A DNA stretch of 64,000 nt, from the NCBI RefSeq assembly GCF_009914755.1, contig NC_060926.1. One strand, given 5' to 3'. The notes beneath the pieces are model-generated. The model did no database searches. It had not been told where the DNA came from and saw only the letters and a list, made by a program, of their open reading frames with translations. Shown in pieces: positions 34,340 through 59,844 of the stretch (the first letter of the stretch is position 1; each line of letters opens with the position of its first letter). The DNA is from the human T2T-CHM13v2.0 reference genome, Homo sapiens. Both the position numbers and the translations under genes were made by a program.

Positions 34340-34584
34340 CTGCATGTGACAAGAGTGTGGTGGGATCTCCAGGTTTTTGTCCTCAAAACCCCAGAACCAC
34401 TGCAAGGACTGCTTATCCCTAGGGACTCCCCACAGGGGTGAAGCTGAGCCACAGCCTTGGCGTGACAAACTTCCAGGAGCAAATTAGAAATTGCCTACTT
34501 CCTCCCATTCCATAACCTCTGCTCATTCTCTGAGTCAAGCAGGGAGGCACGGGCCACACACATACACACACACGTGCACCTTAC

Positions 34585-34723
34585 GCCTGGTCCATGTCCG
34601 TGTCATAGTAAACATAGTAGTTGGTGGACGGCAGATGCAGGTCTTCCTTGGTGCCTCGCAGGCAGATGAAAACAGAGGTCATGCCTAAGCCGGGCCGCAC
34701 CGTCCCCAGTTGCTGCTTCACAC
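34585..34723 (-). CDS. RETSAT: RETSAT exon 7
   Basis: [28 protein letters not shown]; AG/GT boundaries. Confidence 0.95.
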
Positions 34724-35965
34724 CTGCCAGGGGGAGTGGTTGGTGCCTGTGTGGACCATGGCCGGAGACGGCCACTCCTTGCTCCCAGGAGAGCCTTGGG
34801 GTGCCAGCTCTGGCACCTGCCTGAGGCATGCCGGGCCCCTGGCCACTCTGCTTCCTTCATTTAACTAAATATTTTTGAGGCCTTCAGATCGTGTTCAGGA
34901 GGAAAATTCATAGACAAGGGAAAATTGTAACCAGACAGTGAGAGGGGGGCGGGAGGGACAGATGACTGTAGCAGGGCTGCCTGGCCAGGACAGTGTCAGT
35001 TCCCAGAGGTCCTGGGACAGGGGAGAAGGGAGGTCAGGGTCACAGAGAGAAAGGTAGGAAGTAGCAAAGGCAGAGTCTGCCTGTGCACCAAGCCCGACCT
35101 CCCTGCTCTGCCCCTGGGCCATCTCTGCCTCACCCCTTCAGCTCCTGAGAGTCTGAGAGAGGGGAGGCCGAGCAGGCTGCAGGCTCAGCCACGCAGGGTG
35201 AAGGAAGGAGAGGCTGGCGCTGGTGAAATCACCCTATGCCCTGGAGACAATCACAACTGCCTTACCACCCAGTCCCCATGCGGAAAGCCAGGACCTCGCT
35301 TTACCCCCCAGCCCGCTCTGCTGTCCCCTTCCCCGGCTCCTCAGGGAGCAGCTCCCGGGCCCACCCTCTGGGGTCAGGGCTCCTTCCCCTGCTCTCTAGC
35401 TCCTGCACCAGTCAAGGTTTCCGCCATACCATATCCGGAGCTACTCCATGCTCTCCAGCTCCCGCCCCATCCTGAGTCCTTCATCTGGGCCCCTCTCTCT
35501 CACCCCTGCTGGGTTACTGGTCCCCTCTTCCCAGCGGCCTCCCTTCCTCAGATCCAGTTACATGAAGGTGGCGGGACCTCTTAGCTGCGTTGGCTCGGCG
35601 GCTCTGCTCCCTGTGGGCTGCCTGCTCTCCTGCTTCTCTTCCTGAGGCCTCTTCTCTGGAAGCCCCCTCAGCCCAGAAGGGTGGGAGGAGCGGAGCTTTC
35701 AAATCAGACCAGCTACTCTGCTCAGCCCTGCCCCTTTCAGCTGAGTGGCCTCAGGACTGTAATTAATCTGTATGGGCCTCAGTTTCCCCAACATTAAATG
35801 CTAGGGTTAGGATGATGTTAGAGGTAGCGTTCTCACCTTGTTGCTTAAGGACAATCAGAGGGCCGGCCAAGAAGAGGAGAAGCATGACCCACACGGAGCA
35901 GGTTGGCTCCAGAAGGGGACACATTGGGGAACCTGCAAGAGGGGCAGTGCAGACCCGCCTTTTAC

Positions 35966-36085
35966 CTGGCAGGCAGCGGGCGTTCCCCGGCAGTAGGTGT
36001 TCATAGGTGTTGAACAGTCCTGCGTTGGAGACCACGATGGGGCAATAGATGTTCACCAGCTCATGCCCCTTCTTCACACTGACAC
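35966..36085 (-). CDS. RETSAT: RETSAT exon 6
   Basis: [32 protein letters not shown]; AG/GT boundaries. Confidence 0.95.
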
Positions 36086-36462
36086 CTGCAGGCACAAGAG
36101 CTTGGCTGAGGGTCTGTGAGCTCTGGGATGAAGAGAAAGGCCCACGGCCCCCATGGATCTCTCTCTGCCTGTGCCCATTTCTCAGACCTTGGAGTCCAGC
36201 TACCTAGACTCAGGCAGGGCAGGCCCCTGGGAAAATGCACAGTGAGTGAGTATCTTCAGGTGCTTTCACACTATCCTACAACTGCTTGGGCTTACTTTCC
36301 CTAGCTCTGTACCCACCTGTGTGTGTGTATGTTTGTATGTACTCTGTGTTTGAGCCAAATCCCAGACAAAGCTCAAGGGCTAAAGACCTTCCACTGGAAA
36401 TCCAGGCCCTTTTCTCTGCTGCCAGAGTTGTTTCCAAATACTCTTTAATACCCTCCAATCGG

Positions 36463-39180
<2,718 letters not shown>

Positions 39181-39374
39181 AATCCTTTATCTTTCCTGCT
39201 TCCTTTTTATTTCTGGACTAATCACTATCCCTGGACCCTGCTCTGGGGCAGATTCTCACCTTTAGCCTCCATGAGGAGGTCAGTTCTCCTACTCCTTCTG
39301 GTCTCAGGGAGACCCCAGGTCTCGCCCACACCAACCCAGGGACCCAGAAGGGCAGGGCGGGGCAGGGCTCTCAC

Positions 39375-39572
39375 CACAGGCTTTCCCAGCTGAGTCCAGC
39401 AACACACTCTGCACAGTGGCCTTTGTGAGGACAGCGCCCCCAGCCCGCTGAATCACAGGGATGGTGTGGAAGGCAATTTCACTGGAACCCCCTCGGGGAT
39501 AAAAGCCTCCTTTCATGTAGTGGTTGACCAGCAGGGCGTGCATGGAAAAGGCACTGTGGTTGGGGGTGACAC
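39375..39572 (-). CDS. RETSAT: RETSAT exon 5
   Basis: [37 protein letters not shown]; AG/GT boundaries. Confidence 0.95.
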
Positions 39573-40030
39573 CTGCAGAAGCAAGGAAGGGTGGTGAGCT
39601 GGCAAGAGAAGGCACCAGCACCATTCAGAAAGGAACGTGGAATTCTGTGAGATAACACACAGCCCAGTCTATCCGAGGAACCACATGTTCCTCAGGGTCC
39701 AAGGCAGCCAGAGGAGCCTTTCCATCTAGACATGGGGTACCTTAGAGATCTTGGCGCCAGTAGGAATACCCCCCCTGCAAACTGCCATGCTGCCAAGACC
39801 AAGGAGGATAGTGTTGCTTGAATTGAAAAATCATCCAAGGCATGGATGAACAGAATTTTGACCAAGGAGTCCAGCAGGTGGCCAGACTTCTCATCCACAA
39901 GCTCCAGAGGGCCTGGGGTTTACACTGCTCCATATCAGTCAGCCAGGCAGGGTCGAGAAGAAAGATTGAGAGATGAGAGGGCAGCCGTTCCTCCTCCAGA
40001 AGCTGCCCAGAGCCCAGGCCCAGTACCCAC

Positions 40031-40232
40031 CGTAAGTGGGGAAGATGTAGCTGAGTACTGCCTGGAGCTCAGAGGAGGCCCCCAGCTGCTGCAGGACCTC
40101 AGCCAGGCTCTGGGTGGATGCTTGAAGGAATGGAGAGAAACGAGTCAGCAGCCCACACCTGTCGAGGAGCTGAACCACGGGCAATGGGAGGAATTTCAAC
40201 AGGATGGCATGAGGGGCTCCACTGGATACCAC
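40031..40232 (-). CDS. RETSAT: RETSAT exon 4
   Basis: [24 protein letters not shown]; AG/GT boundaries. Confidence 0.95.
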
Positions 40233-40770
40233 CTGGGGGAGTGAATGAGGACAGCAGGCCTCACCTCTAGAACCGCTTTGACAGAACTGCTATCCCCATA
40301 GCCTGGACCAGCCCAAGAATCCAGCAACACTTACCCCTGACTGAACTTTGCTGAATTTGAATATTTTTAAAAAATCTATACTCTGTGAATTTTTCCCATC
40401 CTACACTCGGATGAGTCCTTTTTTTGCTTTTAATTTTCCTGCTCAAATTCCTTTTCAAAAATCCCAATCTGGTCTCGGATGCAGTAAAAAGGAGTAGTGA
40501 TCTGATGTCATGGAAGCCAGCCTAGTCAGGGAGGAGAGCAGGGCATCCCCAGAGGCCAGGGTGACAGCAGCAGCCGTGGAGCCAAGGCTCCAGAGAGAGA
40601 GAGACAGAGAACTGGATGGACTTGGGTGGAGGCTGAGCTAAGAACAGATGTGACTCTTCCTCCCTTCCTGCCTCCCGCACTGCACTCTCCACCCCCAGTG
40701 CCTCCACTAATAATAAAGAAACCCAGCCTTATCGAGAACAAACTCTGGGTCCTCAGCATGTCCATGTTAC

Positions 40771-41012
40771 CTTAACCAGCTTTATATACTTGTCAATGAT
40801 AGCTTCCTCCTGTGGAAACTTCTCCTTGAGGCCCTGAATGTAGGCTTTCTCTCCACTGTACATGGGGTACTCCTTTCGGCCATTGGGCCCTTCCAGTACC
40901 ATGATGTCAAAAGGAGAGGACAGGGGAGCCCAGTCCAGCTGCCCTTCAGTGATCTGGTCCAAGATAAAACGGCCAATGCTGCCCTCTTCCATACGCCCAA
41001 TGTAATGGATTC
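40771..41012 (-). CDS. RETSAT: RETSAT exon 3
   Basis: [19 protein letters not shown]; AG/GT boundaries. Confidence 0.95.
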
Positions 41013-41215
41013 CTGTTGGGAGATGGAAAAACAAGGTAGTAAAGGGATATGGGGATTGAGCCCTGGAAAGGTGGCTGAGGAAGTGAGGTGGAAGAGTTTA
41101 TCTGGCCTGGCCAAGTTCACGCCCAGAGTGAGCTGCTCACTCTGTCTGTAGGGAGGTGTCACAGCAGAAACCGCCAGATCGCTGCCCGATTCAACTCCCA
41201 GTAGCTATGCTGTCA

Positions 41216-43440
<2,225 letters not shown>

Positions 43441-44133
43441 ATGCCAGTTGCAACTCACTAAATTGATTTCATAGCCCACTAATAGATCACAATCCGGTTT
43501 GAAAAGCAGTTAAGCTAGTCATCTCATTTTTAGACCAGCCCAGGTAGGTGCTAATGGTTATGCAGCAAATTAGTGACAGAGTCCAAGCTAAAACTCAGTT
43601 CTCAGAAGTCCAGATGATTAGTCCTTCCACTTAGAACAGTACTGTCTCCGATTGTGTAGCAAGATATGACACGGAGAATTCTAAAATTTACAAGTGAGAG
43701 GGACTCCGTAGATCAAACAGGTGATCCATTATTTTTTAAAGCAGCAGAACTCTTTAAACTCTAGAAGCAACCACAAAATATGTTTTAAAGATGAGAGTGG
43801 AGAGCAGGCTCTGAGCCTGAGGCGCCTTGTTGAACCTCTGCCAATGTTTCAGAACTAGGGTTCAATCCTTACGATTTGGGACCATGCAAAGCCTGTTAAA
43901 TCACCGGACGGGCAAAACGCAATTTCCTACGCATTTCTGTGCTGCTCCCCCACACCCCTGAGCTCGCATGGGAGGGTAGGTGAAAAAGTTAAGGTCCTGG
44001 AACCAAGTGGAGGAATGAGTCACGGGGATTATCAGTTCCACGAGCCACGGGGATTACAAGTGGCAGGGCGGGTGCCAACACCTTGCAAACCAAGGACAAT
44101 GACCACACCCTTGGGACTACTATTCCCGGGGCC

Positions 44134-44150
44134 TACTAGGGCAAAGGCTA
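44134..44150 (+). promoter_or_regulatory. Candidate PPAR/RXR DR1 element in RETSAT intron 1
   Basis: TACT-AGGGCA-A-AGGCTA, close to the PPRE consensus AACT-AGGNCA-A-AGGTCA; RETSAT is a known PPAR target. Confidence 0.6.
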
Positions 44151-44326
44151 TCGACAGTGTTGCACACTAAAGCGGGGCTCCTCCACGTGCAAGGAAGCCC
44201 TCCTAGTACTTTACATATGGGGAAACTAAGGCCCACGTCTGGTAGCGGCTGCCTTGGCAAAATGAGAACCCAAATCTGTGAGAAAGCCTCGAGTGCAGCC
44301 CCGGACCCCAGGGTCCCTCCTGCTAC

Positions 44327-44498
44327 CTTGTTTGAGAACCTTCTTCCTGGCCTCCTTGTCAGTTACCAGGGGCGCTGGGGGCCGTTTGACATCTTCGGAG
44401 AAAGGATTCGGGGAGCTGCCAGAGAATAGTCCCAAGTAAACTTTGCAGAGGACGGCCAGCAGCAGCACAGCCAGGAGCAGCACCAGCGGAAGCCACAT
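44327..44498 (-). CDS. RETSAT: RETSAT exon 1 coding part (all-trans-retinol 13,14-reductase; signal peptide)
   Basis: [32 protein letters not shown]; donor G|gtagca. Confidence 0.96.
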
Positions 44499-44499
44499 C

Positions 44500-44780
44500 A
44501 CGCCGGCGTCGGGTCGGGTAAATGGGACAGCTCCGACTGCGCTCAGCCTCTAGGACTGTGGCTCCGCCCGGGCTAGTTCGCTCTCCAGTCAGGAGGCGGA
44601 GGCAGCTTTGAGCACTGATTAACCAGCCAGCCAGCGAAGAGCCAACTCTCAGGTGATGATTGACCCTCCCGGCTCTCCGTACTTCTTTTGGGTTTCCATT
44701 GCCTACTGGGAAATGTAGTTCTCGGGGCCAGGGGAGCCGGCACGGAAGCGGCTGTGCGCATGAGCAGATGAGGCCTAGCC
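44500..44780. promoter_or_regulatory. Bidirectional CpG promoter for RETSAT and ELMOD3
   Basis: GC box ~44560; ZNF143-type gggaaatgtagttc at 44708-44721; ETS cggaag ~44743; NRF1-like tgcgcatgagca ~44756. Confidence 0.8.
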
Positions 44781-45161
44781 GAGGCGGCGGGACCCCCAAG
44801 TTTGGAAAGCTCTTTTAACGGTGAGAACGCGTTAACACTTGCCAAGGGGAGTGGTTGGTGCCTGTGCGGAGCTAGCAGCCGGCCTGAGGAGGGAGGGAGA
44901 ATGTGATCCGGTGGAAATTATCACTATGGGGCGAGACAAGGCCGAGAGTTGTAAGACTGAAAGAGAATCCCGACTGGGAGACAGGAGTCCTGAGTTCTGG
45001 TCCTGGCTCTGCCCTGGACTCGCTGCCTTGAGGTGTTAAATTGCTTTCCTCGTCTTACGCCTCCAGGCTATGCGAAAGTTCTGTCCAAAGGCTGCTCACA
45101 GCCCCTGTCTGACTGGTTGTCATGATGAATTGAGCTCTCTGTTACCTGCGCATCACAACCG
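44760..45161 (+). other. ELMOD3: Probable ELMOD3 non-coding 5' exons (~44760-44820 and 45067-45161)
   Basis: Donor cg|gtgaga at 44821; acceptor ctccag at 45066; donor cg|gtgagc at 45162. TSS is uncertain. Confidence 0.55.
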
Positions 45162-46608
45162 GTGAGCGTCTGTCTCTGTGCCCCTCAAAGTGGCCCATAG
45201 TTTTGTCCTGGGGGCCCGCCTGGGACGGAGTCCTCTATGGCGGGTCCCTAATGACACCCCATCCGTGGGGAACCTGGGGGACGGGGAGCCGCCCATGGAC
45301 AAGCATGGTGAAAGGATCAGCTAAGGGCCCATCTAATTTAAATTCCTATGCAGAGAATCTAACCTCCAGCAAGCAGTTGAAGAATCATACCCCCTCCTTG
45401 CCTAAAGAGGGTGCATAATGAATACTTGATTGGAGAAGGATCCATTTTTACAGGAAGGCCGTTTCCTTAGGTCCAACTATCAGGAATTTGCCTTTGAGTA
45501 CTTCCTTGTTTAATGGAATTGTTGCTCTTTTCTTCTCTGCTACAGATAGTAACTGTCCCTACTGAAGGCCCCAGGAGTGCTCCAGCCAGGTGTGGAAAGC
45601 TGGTCACGATTCTATGCTACTTGGTTCATTTTCTACACAGCAACAGAAGAGCCCTCCTGAGATTGCTATTACCATACCCGCCTGTCACCTTGCCAAGGCT
45701 GGCCAATGTGTGTTTTGTCATAGGCTGTCATGGAGGCCATGATGGAGGAAAAGGAAAGGGGAGGCAGATATTGAGGCCCCAGAGGCCACAGTGAGAGCAG
45801 TTTAGTTCCTGGGGTGCCAGGACTAAGGGGGCATTGCCCTGTCCCCCGGATTACAGTGAGCCACATGTCAAGCCCAAGAGCCAGGAGGTATTCTTCCTCT
45901 CAGTGTTAATAATCAAAGCATCCTGACACCAGCAGCCAGTTTTTATGGCATCCTGATCATTATTACCACAGTGGAGGGCTGACCTCATAGAGAGGCTACC
46001 CTCCTTCCTTAGTCACCCAAAGTTGTGAACTATGATTGTCAGTTGTGTGTGGGCCATCTGCCCACTTAGGATGCAATTTTTGATGTGACAGACATTCCGG
46101 ATGTCCAATTCCCCTGTGATGAGGTATGAGCCTTGTCCAGCCCTTTTCCTGAGGGAAGCAATGTCAGATGAAAGACTTAGAATTGCCCAAACTGGCTAGC
46201 CAGCTGCCACATGCACAGTATTGCTGATAACTGAGAAAGGTTAGAACATCGTGTTGCATTTTGAATTTCTACCATTGTTGGAACCAGGTCTAGTATTATA
46301 AGCCCCTGACCCAGCCTGTGTGTGAGGCCTAAACAAAGCCTGAGCACTTCAGCTAAGACCACCCACCAAGGTGACACCTTTAGCCTCACGCCTTTGATAA
46401 GCTGGCCCAGGTCCCAGTAACTCCATTGTCAGAAACAGACCCCATCCCTTCTAGTGGTGCTGCTGCCTTTTGGACACAGAATCCAGCTCACAGTCCCCTG
46501 TGTGGTCCCCTTTTGGCCATCCTGTGGCTTGGGTAGTAAGAGGTAAGCATTTGGCTGAGGCAAGTTGTTCATTCAGAATAAATTCACAGCTGCTTAAATT
46601 TTGTCAAC

Positions 46609-50665
<4,057 letters not shown>

Positions 50666-50690
50666 GGTTTTTCTTTTTTGCCTTAATGAT

Positions 50691-50938
50691 TTTTTTTTTC
50701 TCTGAGATTAAACTTTATTAAAGTTACTTTTCCAGAAAATTCAGTGAATATGGTAACATAGGAACAAACTTAGGCTCATAAGCCCTTTACATTTTTACAT
50801 AATCTTTAATGATGTTGATCAGGAAATTCTTTCACTGGTAGAATTACTTCTCCATTCTCCAGAATTGTATCATCTGGGAATATTCTGGGCTTCTTTTCAA
50901 TGGTGCCATATGGTTTTTTTAGATACATGATACTTCTT
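50691..50938 (-). pseudogene. 5'-truncated NDUFB6 processed pseudogene
   Basis: Minus strand gives KYHVS(K)[36 protein letters not shown] (1-nt slip in the A-run), resembling the NDUFB6 C-terminus; then 3'UTR, AATAAA and poly-A. Confidence 0.85.
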
Positions 50939-50990
50939 GGTGCTCTATATGTTCAGAGAAACTTCTCTAGTAACAAACTATAGAAATGAT
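50939..50990 (-). ncRNA. U3 snoRNA 5' fragment (pseudogene) fused to the NDUFB6 copy
   Basis: Minus strand ATCATTTCTATAGTTTGTTACTAGAGAAGTTTCTCTGAACATATAGAGCACC matches recalled U3 nt ~19-70. Confidence 0.88.
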
Positions 50991-51483
50991 GATTTTTTAT
51001 TTTTTAAACAGTAGAGACAGGGTCTCCGCATGTTGCCCAGGCTGCTCTCGAACTCCTGGGCTCAAGCAATCCTCCTGCCTCAGCTTCCCAAAGTGCTGGG
51101 ATTGTAGCTGTGAGCCACCACACCTGGTGATTTTTAGGATTTTAAAAGAACACGTTGAAAAATTAGCTCTGTATCTGTGAAATGAGTTACAAACAATTGG
51201 CCGAGTATTTTGGTCGGTTTGTTTTTCATCTGTAACAGGGGATAGGTTTGGCTGAGCAGAAAGGCCATAGGAAACTGCTTCACTAAACTTCGCTCACTCA
51301 GAACCCTCAGACTTTCAAAGAGCCAGGAAATGGGTATAAAATTTTTGAGATAACATTAATTAAGCTTTTTGCAGTTTTTCCTAGGACCAGATTAAACAGA
51401 AGTTTTCCTTTACAGTATTCATTATGGTTGGTATCTCCAGAGTTCATCCTTTTTTTGTGGTACTGGGAAAAGTTGCAACATTT

Positions 51484-52121
<638 letters not shown>

Positions 52122-52193
52122 GTATGACATTTAAACTATTATCTTTGGGGGATTAATATGTGCCTAGGAGATTGACCCTTGTCTGTTTTACAG

Positions 52194-52268
52194 GGTGAAA
52201 GATTGTCTGCTGGATATTCTCCATCATATGACAAGGACAAGAGTGTTCTGGCTTTCAGAGGAATCCCT
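52194..52268 (+). CDS. ELMOD3: ELMOD3 coding exon 2
   Basis: [25 protein letters not shown]; AG/GT boundaries, phase consistent. Confidence 0.9.
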
Positions 52269-52628
52269 GTATGTATCACCCACAACTTGGTACCTTCTGC
52301 CAGGGCTTTTGTTGTGTGTTACTGTGTGGTGCCAGAACTGTGGTAGACGCTGGGGACACAAGGGTGGCATAGACCTTAGCTTCCAAGAGCTCACACTTGA
52401 GGGGAGTGAGGGGAGGGTGTATGGAACACAAACATACAAAACAACTTCTATTTAATAAGATAATTGCCATAATGAAGCAGGCTATAAAACGCAGAGAGAA
52501 TACCAAAGGCACACCACAGTCTGAAATGAGTGTATGAATTTTTGTTTATTTACATTCAAGGTGGACATACACTTGTCCCCAACATCACCCAAGTTCCACA
52601 TCATAGTTAAAGTTTTCCAGGTACCTCA

Positions 52629-53251
<623 letters not shown>

Positions 53252-53602
53252 TGAATTTCTCTCACTCCTTGTCTTTCAGAATTTTGTAGATGTATCAGTC
53301 CTTGGGGAAAAATAGAATCAACACTGAATTAGGAATCAAAAGACCAGAGTTCTGATCTTCCTCTGCTAGTGGTTTACTGTGTGCCTCTGGGCAAGCCATA
53401 TGATCTCTAATATTAGTACCTCCCTTATCCTCAAAGGGATGTTATGAAAATGAGACACAATATAGGAAAAGCCTTTGAAAAGTTATTCTACTTCATCTGC
53501 TTTGCAAGGCGCTTCCCCATACTATATTTAAAGTTCACTCTACTTGCCAAGTGATTATGGAGAAAGGTACACTCCAGCCTGGCCAACATGGTGAAACCCC
53601 AT

Positions 53603-53960
53603 TGTATTAGTCCGTTTTCATGCTGTTGATAAAGGCATACCCAAGACTGGGAAGAAAAAGAGGTTTAATGGACTTACATTTCCACATACCTGGGTAGGCC
53701 TCACAAACATGGTGGAAGGCAAGGAGGAGCAAGTCACATCTCACATGGATGGTGGCAGGCAAAGAGAGAGCTTGTGCAGGGAAACTCCTGTTTTTAAAAC
53801 CATCAGATCTTGTGAGACTTATTCACTATTATGAGAACAGCACAGCAGAGACTGGCCCCCATGATTCAATTATGTCCCACTAGGTCCCTCCCACAGCACA
53901 TGGGAATTATGGGACTTACAAGATGAGATTTAGGCGGGGACACAGAGCCAAACCACATCA
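53603..53960 (-). mobile_element. THE1 (MaLR) solo LTR inserted in an Alu
   Basis: tgtattagtccgttttcatgctg...cacagagccaaaccacatca; Alu sequence resumes in register on both sides (aaaccccat | ccgtctctac). Confidence 0.85.
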
Positions 53961-54144
53961 CCGTCTCTACTAAAAATATTTTAAAAATTAGCCAGGTGTA
54001 GTGGTGTGTGCCTGTAATTCCAGCTACTCTGGAGGCTGAGGCACAAGAATTGCATGAACCCAGGAGGTGGAGGTTGCAGTGAACCGAGATTGTGCTACTG
54101 CACCCATACCTGGCCACTAGAAATATGAACTTTTAAAAAAATAC

Positions 54145-56281
<2,137 letters not shown>

Positions 56282-57514
56282 TACTCTTCCCTTTTTGTTC
56301 AGCCACTTTGTCCCTCCTTTTTAGCTCCTATGCTGAAAGTAAGTTTTATTTTCTTGATCCTCCAAGGTTGAATATTCTCTTAAAGCTGTCTTAGGAACTC
56401 CAAGGCTCAGTGTCTGCTACTCCGGACTGGAGCAGGTGAGATGGAATTTCCTAAAGGTCCAGATATTTAGGACCCTGGACCCATCTCACCCGCTGCCTCT
56501 GTCCATTGCCCTGCTGGACCTGAGCCCACACCTATGTTGATAATAATAGCTTACATTTGGGCCACGTGCTCTCCTAGGAAGTAGAATTACCCCATCCTCA
56601 CAACAGCCCCATGAGGGGTTACAGATGATAAGTAACTTGCCTGAAGACATACAGCTAGTAAGAGGCAGAGATGAAGCATTCACAAGTAGTTTGGCTCTCA
56701 AGTGTGCTTTCAGTAACTATCCTCTACTGCTTCCCAGCCGCTTTCTCTTCCTTATTATCCATTAGTGTCTGGTAGCATTTCATTTAATCTGCAGGTATAT
56801 TCTCCCAACAGTTTATTGTCATGTGATGTCCTCAGCCAAGATTGTGAGGCAGAGAGGAGCTGTCCCAACCTACTATACCACCGAGGCTGGAGAGATCATA
56901 TTTTTGGTATTAAACTGGAGTCTCTCCATCCTTCACATTGTTGATGTCCTCTGTAGCAAACCGGAAAAGTCAGTGACAGAAGATGCCGCTAGCGGTTTGA
57001 GCCAGAGAATGACAGCTCTGGTTTGGAGAAAAGGGCCGGATGGTGGCTCTAGAAAGCCCATCCTTCTGCTCTTCTTTTTTTCTCCCCCTTATATTGTGCT
57101 TTCATTCATTCATTCATTCATCAAACATTTGTTGAGCACCTATTATGTGTCAAGCTCTGTGCTAGCCTCTGGAAAACCTGCCCTCATGTAGCTCACTGTG
57201 GAGTAGGAGAAACAATGACTACACTATGATAAGCACGGGTTGTCAGGGTCTCACAGAGCAGTGGCCCCTCATCCAGACCGATGAGGTCAAAGAAGGCATC
57301 CAGGCGAGGATGGTGTCAGAGCTAACTGAAGAATGAGAGGGAGCTGCACCAGCAGGGGTTGGAACTGAAGGTGGCAGTGCCTGGAGTCTTGATTCCAGCA
57401 GAGGGAGAGCAGTCTGTGAAAAGGCACCAAGGGTGGGAGAGGGCAGAGCACATGGAGGAACTTCAGGTAGTTCTGGATGGCCCTGGGGCAAAGCTAGAGA
57501 GGTAAGAAGAATCT

Positions 57515-57815
57515 ACAAATGTTCCTCGAGTTACATGAACTTCCATCCCAATAAACCCATTGGAAACGAAAAATTTAAGTCAGAAGTGCATTTAAGGCTG
57601 GTCCGAGTAGAATGATTTTTACAACGAATTGATCACAACCAGTTACAGATGTCTTTGTTCCTTCTCCACTCCCACTGCTTCACCTGACTAGCCTTTAAAA
57701 AAACAAAAAATTTAAAAACAAAAAGAAAAGAAAAATGCATTTAATACCCTGATAAATCCATCAAAAAGTCAAACAATTGTTAAGTGGAACTGTCATGAGT
57801 TGGGGAACCATCTGT
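57515..57815. mobile_element. MER47/Tigger5-like DNA transposon remnant, host of the Y3 copy
   Basis: tacaaatgttcctcgagttac..catcccaataaaccca..tgcatttaatac..gagttggggaaccatctgta; degenerate inverted termini. Confidence 0.6.
57596..57696 (+). pseudogene. Y RNA (RNY3-derived) retropseudogene
   Basis: GGCTGGTCCGAGT..TTGATCACAACCAGTTACAGAT..CTCCACTCCCACTGCTTCAC..GACTAGCCTTT; A-rich tail; tgcatttaa duplicated on both flanks. Confidence 0.92.
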
Positions 57816-57917
57816 AGATTGTGAAGTTATGTGGATACTGTGCTGTAGAGTATGGGTTTTATCTTGAGGACTGTGGAGAATCCCTGGAGGGTTTTGAGCA
57901 GTGATGTCGGATCTTAC

Positions 57918-58224
<307 letters not shown>

Positions 58225-58292
58225 TTACTTTTCAAAAGCTCACTCTAGCAAACCTGTGAGGAGAGGATCAGAGGGTGTTAAGATCCAAGGCA

Positions 58293-58794
<502 letters not shown>

Positions 58795-59703
58795 TAGCCC
58801 CTCTGCCAGCAAAGGCACCATCCACACATGTGGCAAATGTTTCTGTGAGTCTGGGACTAGGAGATAGAATTCCTGAGAGTGCTCATTTTAACTATATAAC
58901 ATAGATTACAGTACCTTTTTCAAATCCTAAGATGATGACATCCTACCTCTGGAGGAAACCAGAGTGAAGGCCATGGAGAAAGGGCTGCCATCCCTGTCCA
59001 TCTTTCACCCAGCCATGAGAGAAGACAGGGTTGACCTTGGTTAGGGCAGCTTCTACAGAGTGGCAAGGCTGGGTAGGAGGATGGAGATGGGCCCCTGTGT
59101 AAGGCTGCTCAGGTTGTTTACTGCACAAGGAAGTCCCTGGGGATGGGAGCTGAAGCAATCTGCTGGAAGGCTCTGAAGGCTGAGTAAAAATTGTCTCCTG
59201 TTTCTTTCTAAGAGGTTGGATGAAGAGATAGAACTAGGACCTATATCTAGCCTGAGCCTCTCTTCAGCTCCTTGGGCCCAGTGAATAGTATCAGCCATTG
59301 CCTATATTGCTAACTAATCAGTTAATTCCCTATTGGCTATAACAGAGGTGTATGGTTGGGGGTTCCTATACAGGGTGTAAGAAGGGAAAAGTGGAAATTA
59401 GGAAAGGCCCTTAAACAAACTGGTTGCATGCTCTTATGTGGGTACCCACCCCAGGCAGTGACTTGCCCCCTCGTAGATGAGAGCATTTAGGGATCACCTC
59501 GTGGGGCAGATCCGCCCCATACCCACCACAGAGGCTGACCTAGCAAGACTGAATAGCCTCGTCCAAAAAGAGAGTCCTCTTCGCCGACAATGCCAGCCTC
59601 TTGAAAGAAGATTGGTTGTAGCTGTAAGTGTCTGATGTTCAACTGGAAGCCAGTGCTTGGCTTGGAAGTGACAAGTAGGAGGGCCTCAGTAAATGTTTGT
59701 TGA

Positions 59704-59844
<141 letters not shown>

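Noticed and set aside
56823-57191. 122-aa ORF in ELMOD3 intron
   Set aside because: Non-ATG start, runs into L2-like/(TTCA)n sequence, no recognisable domain.
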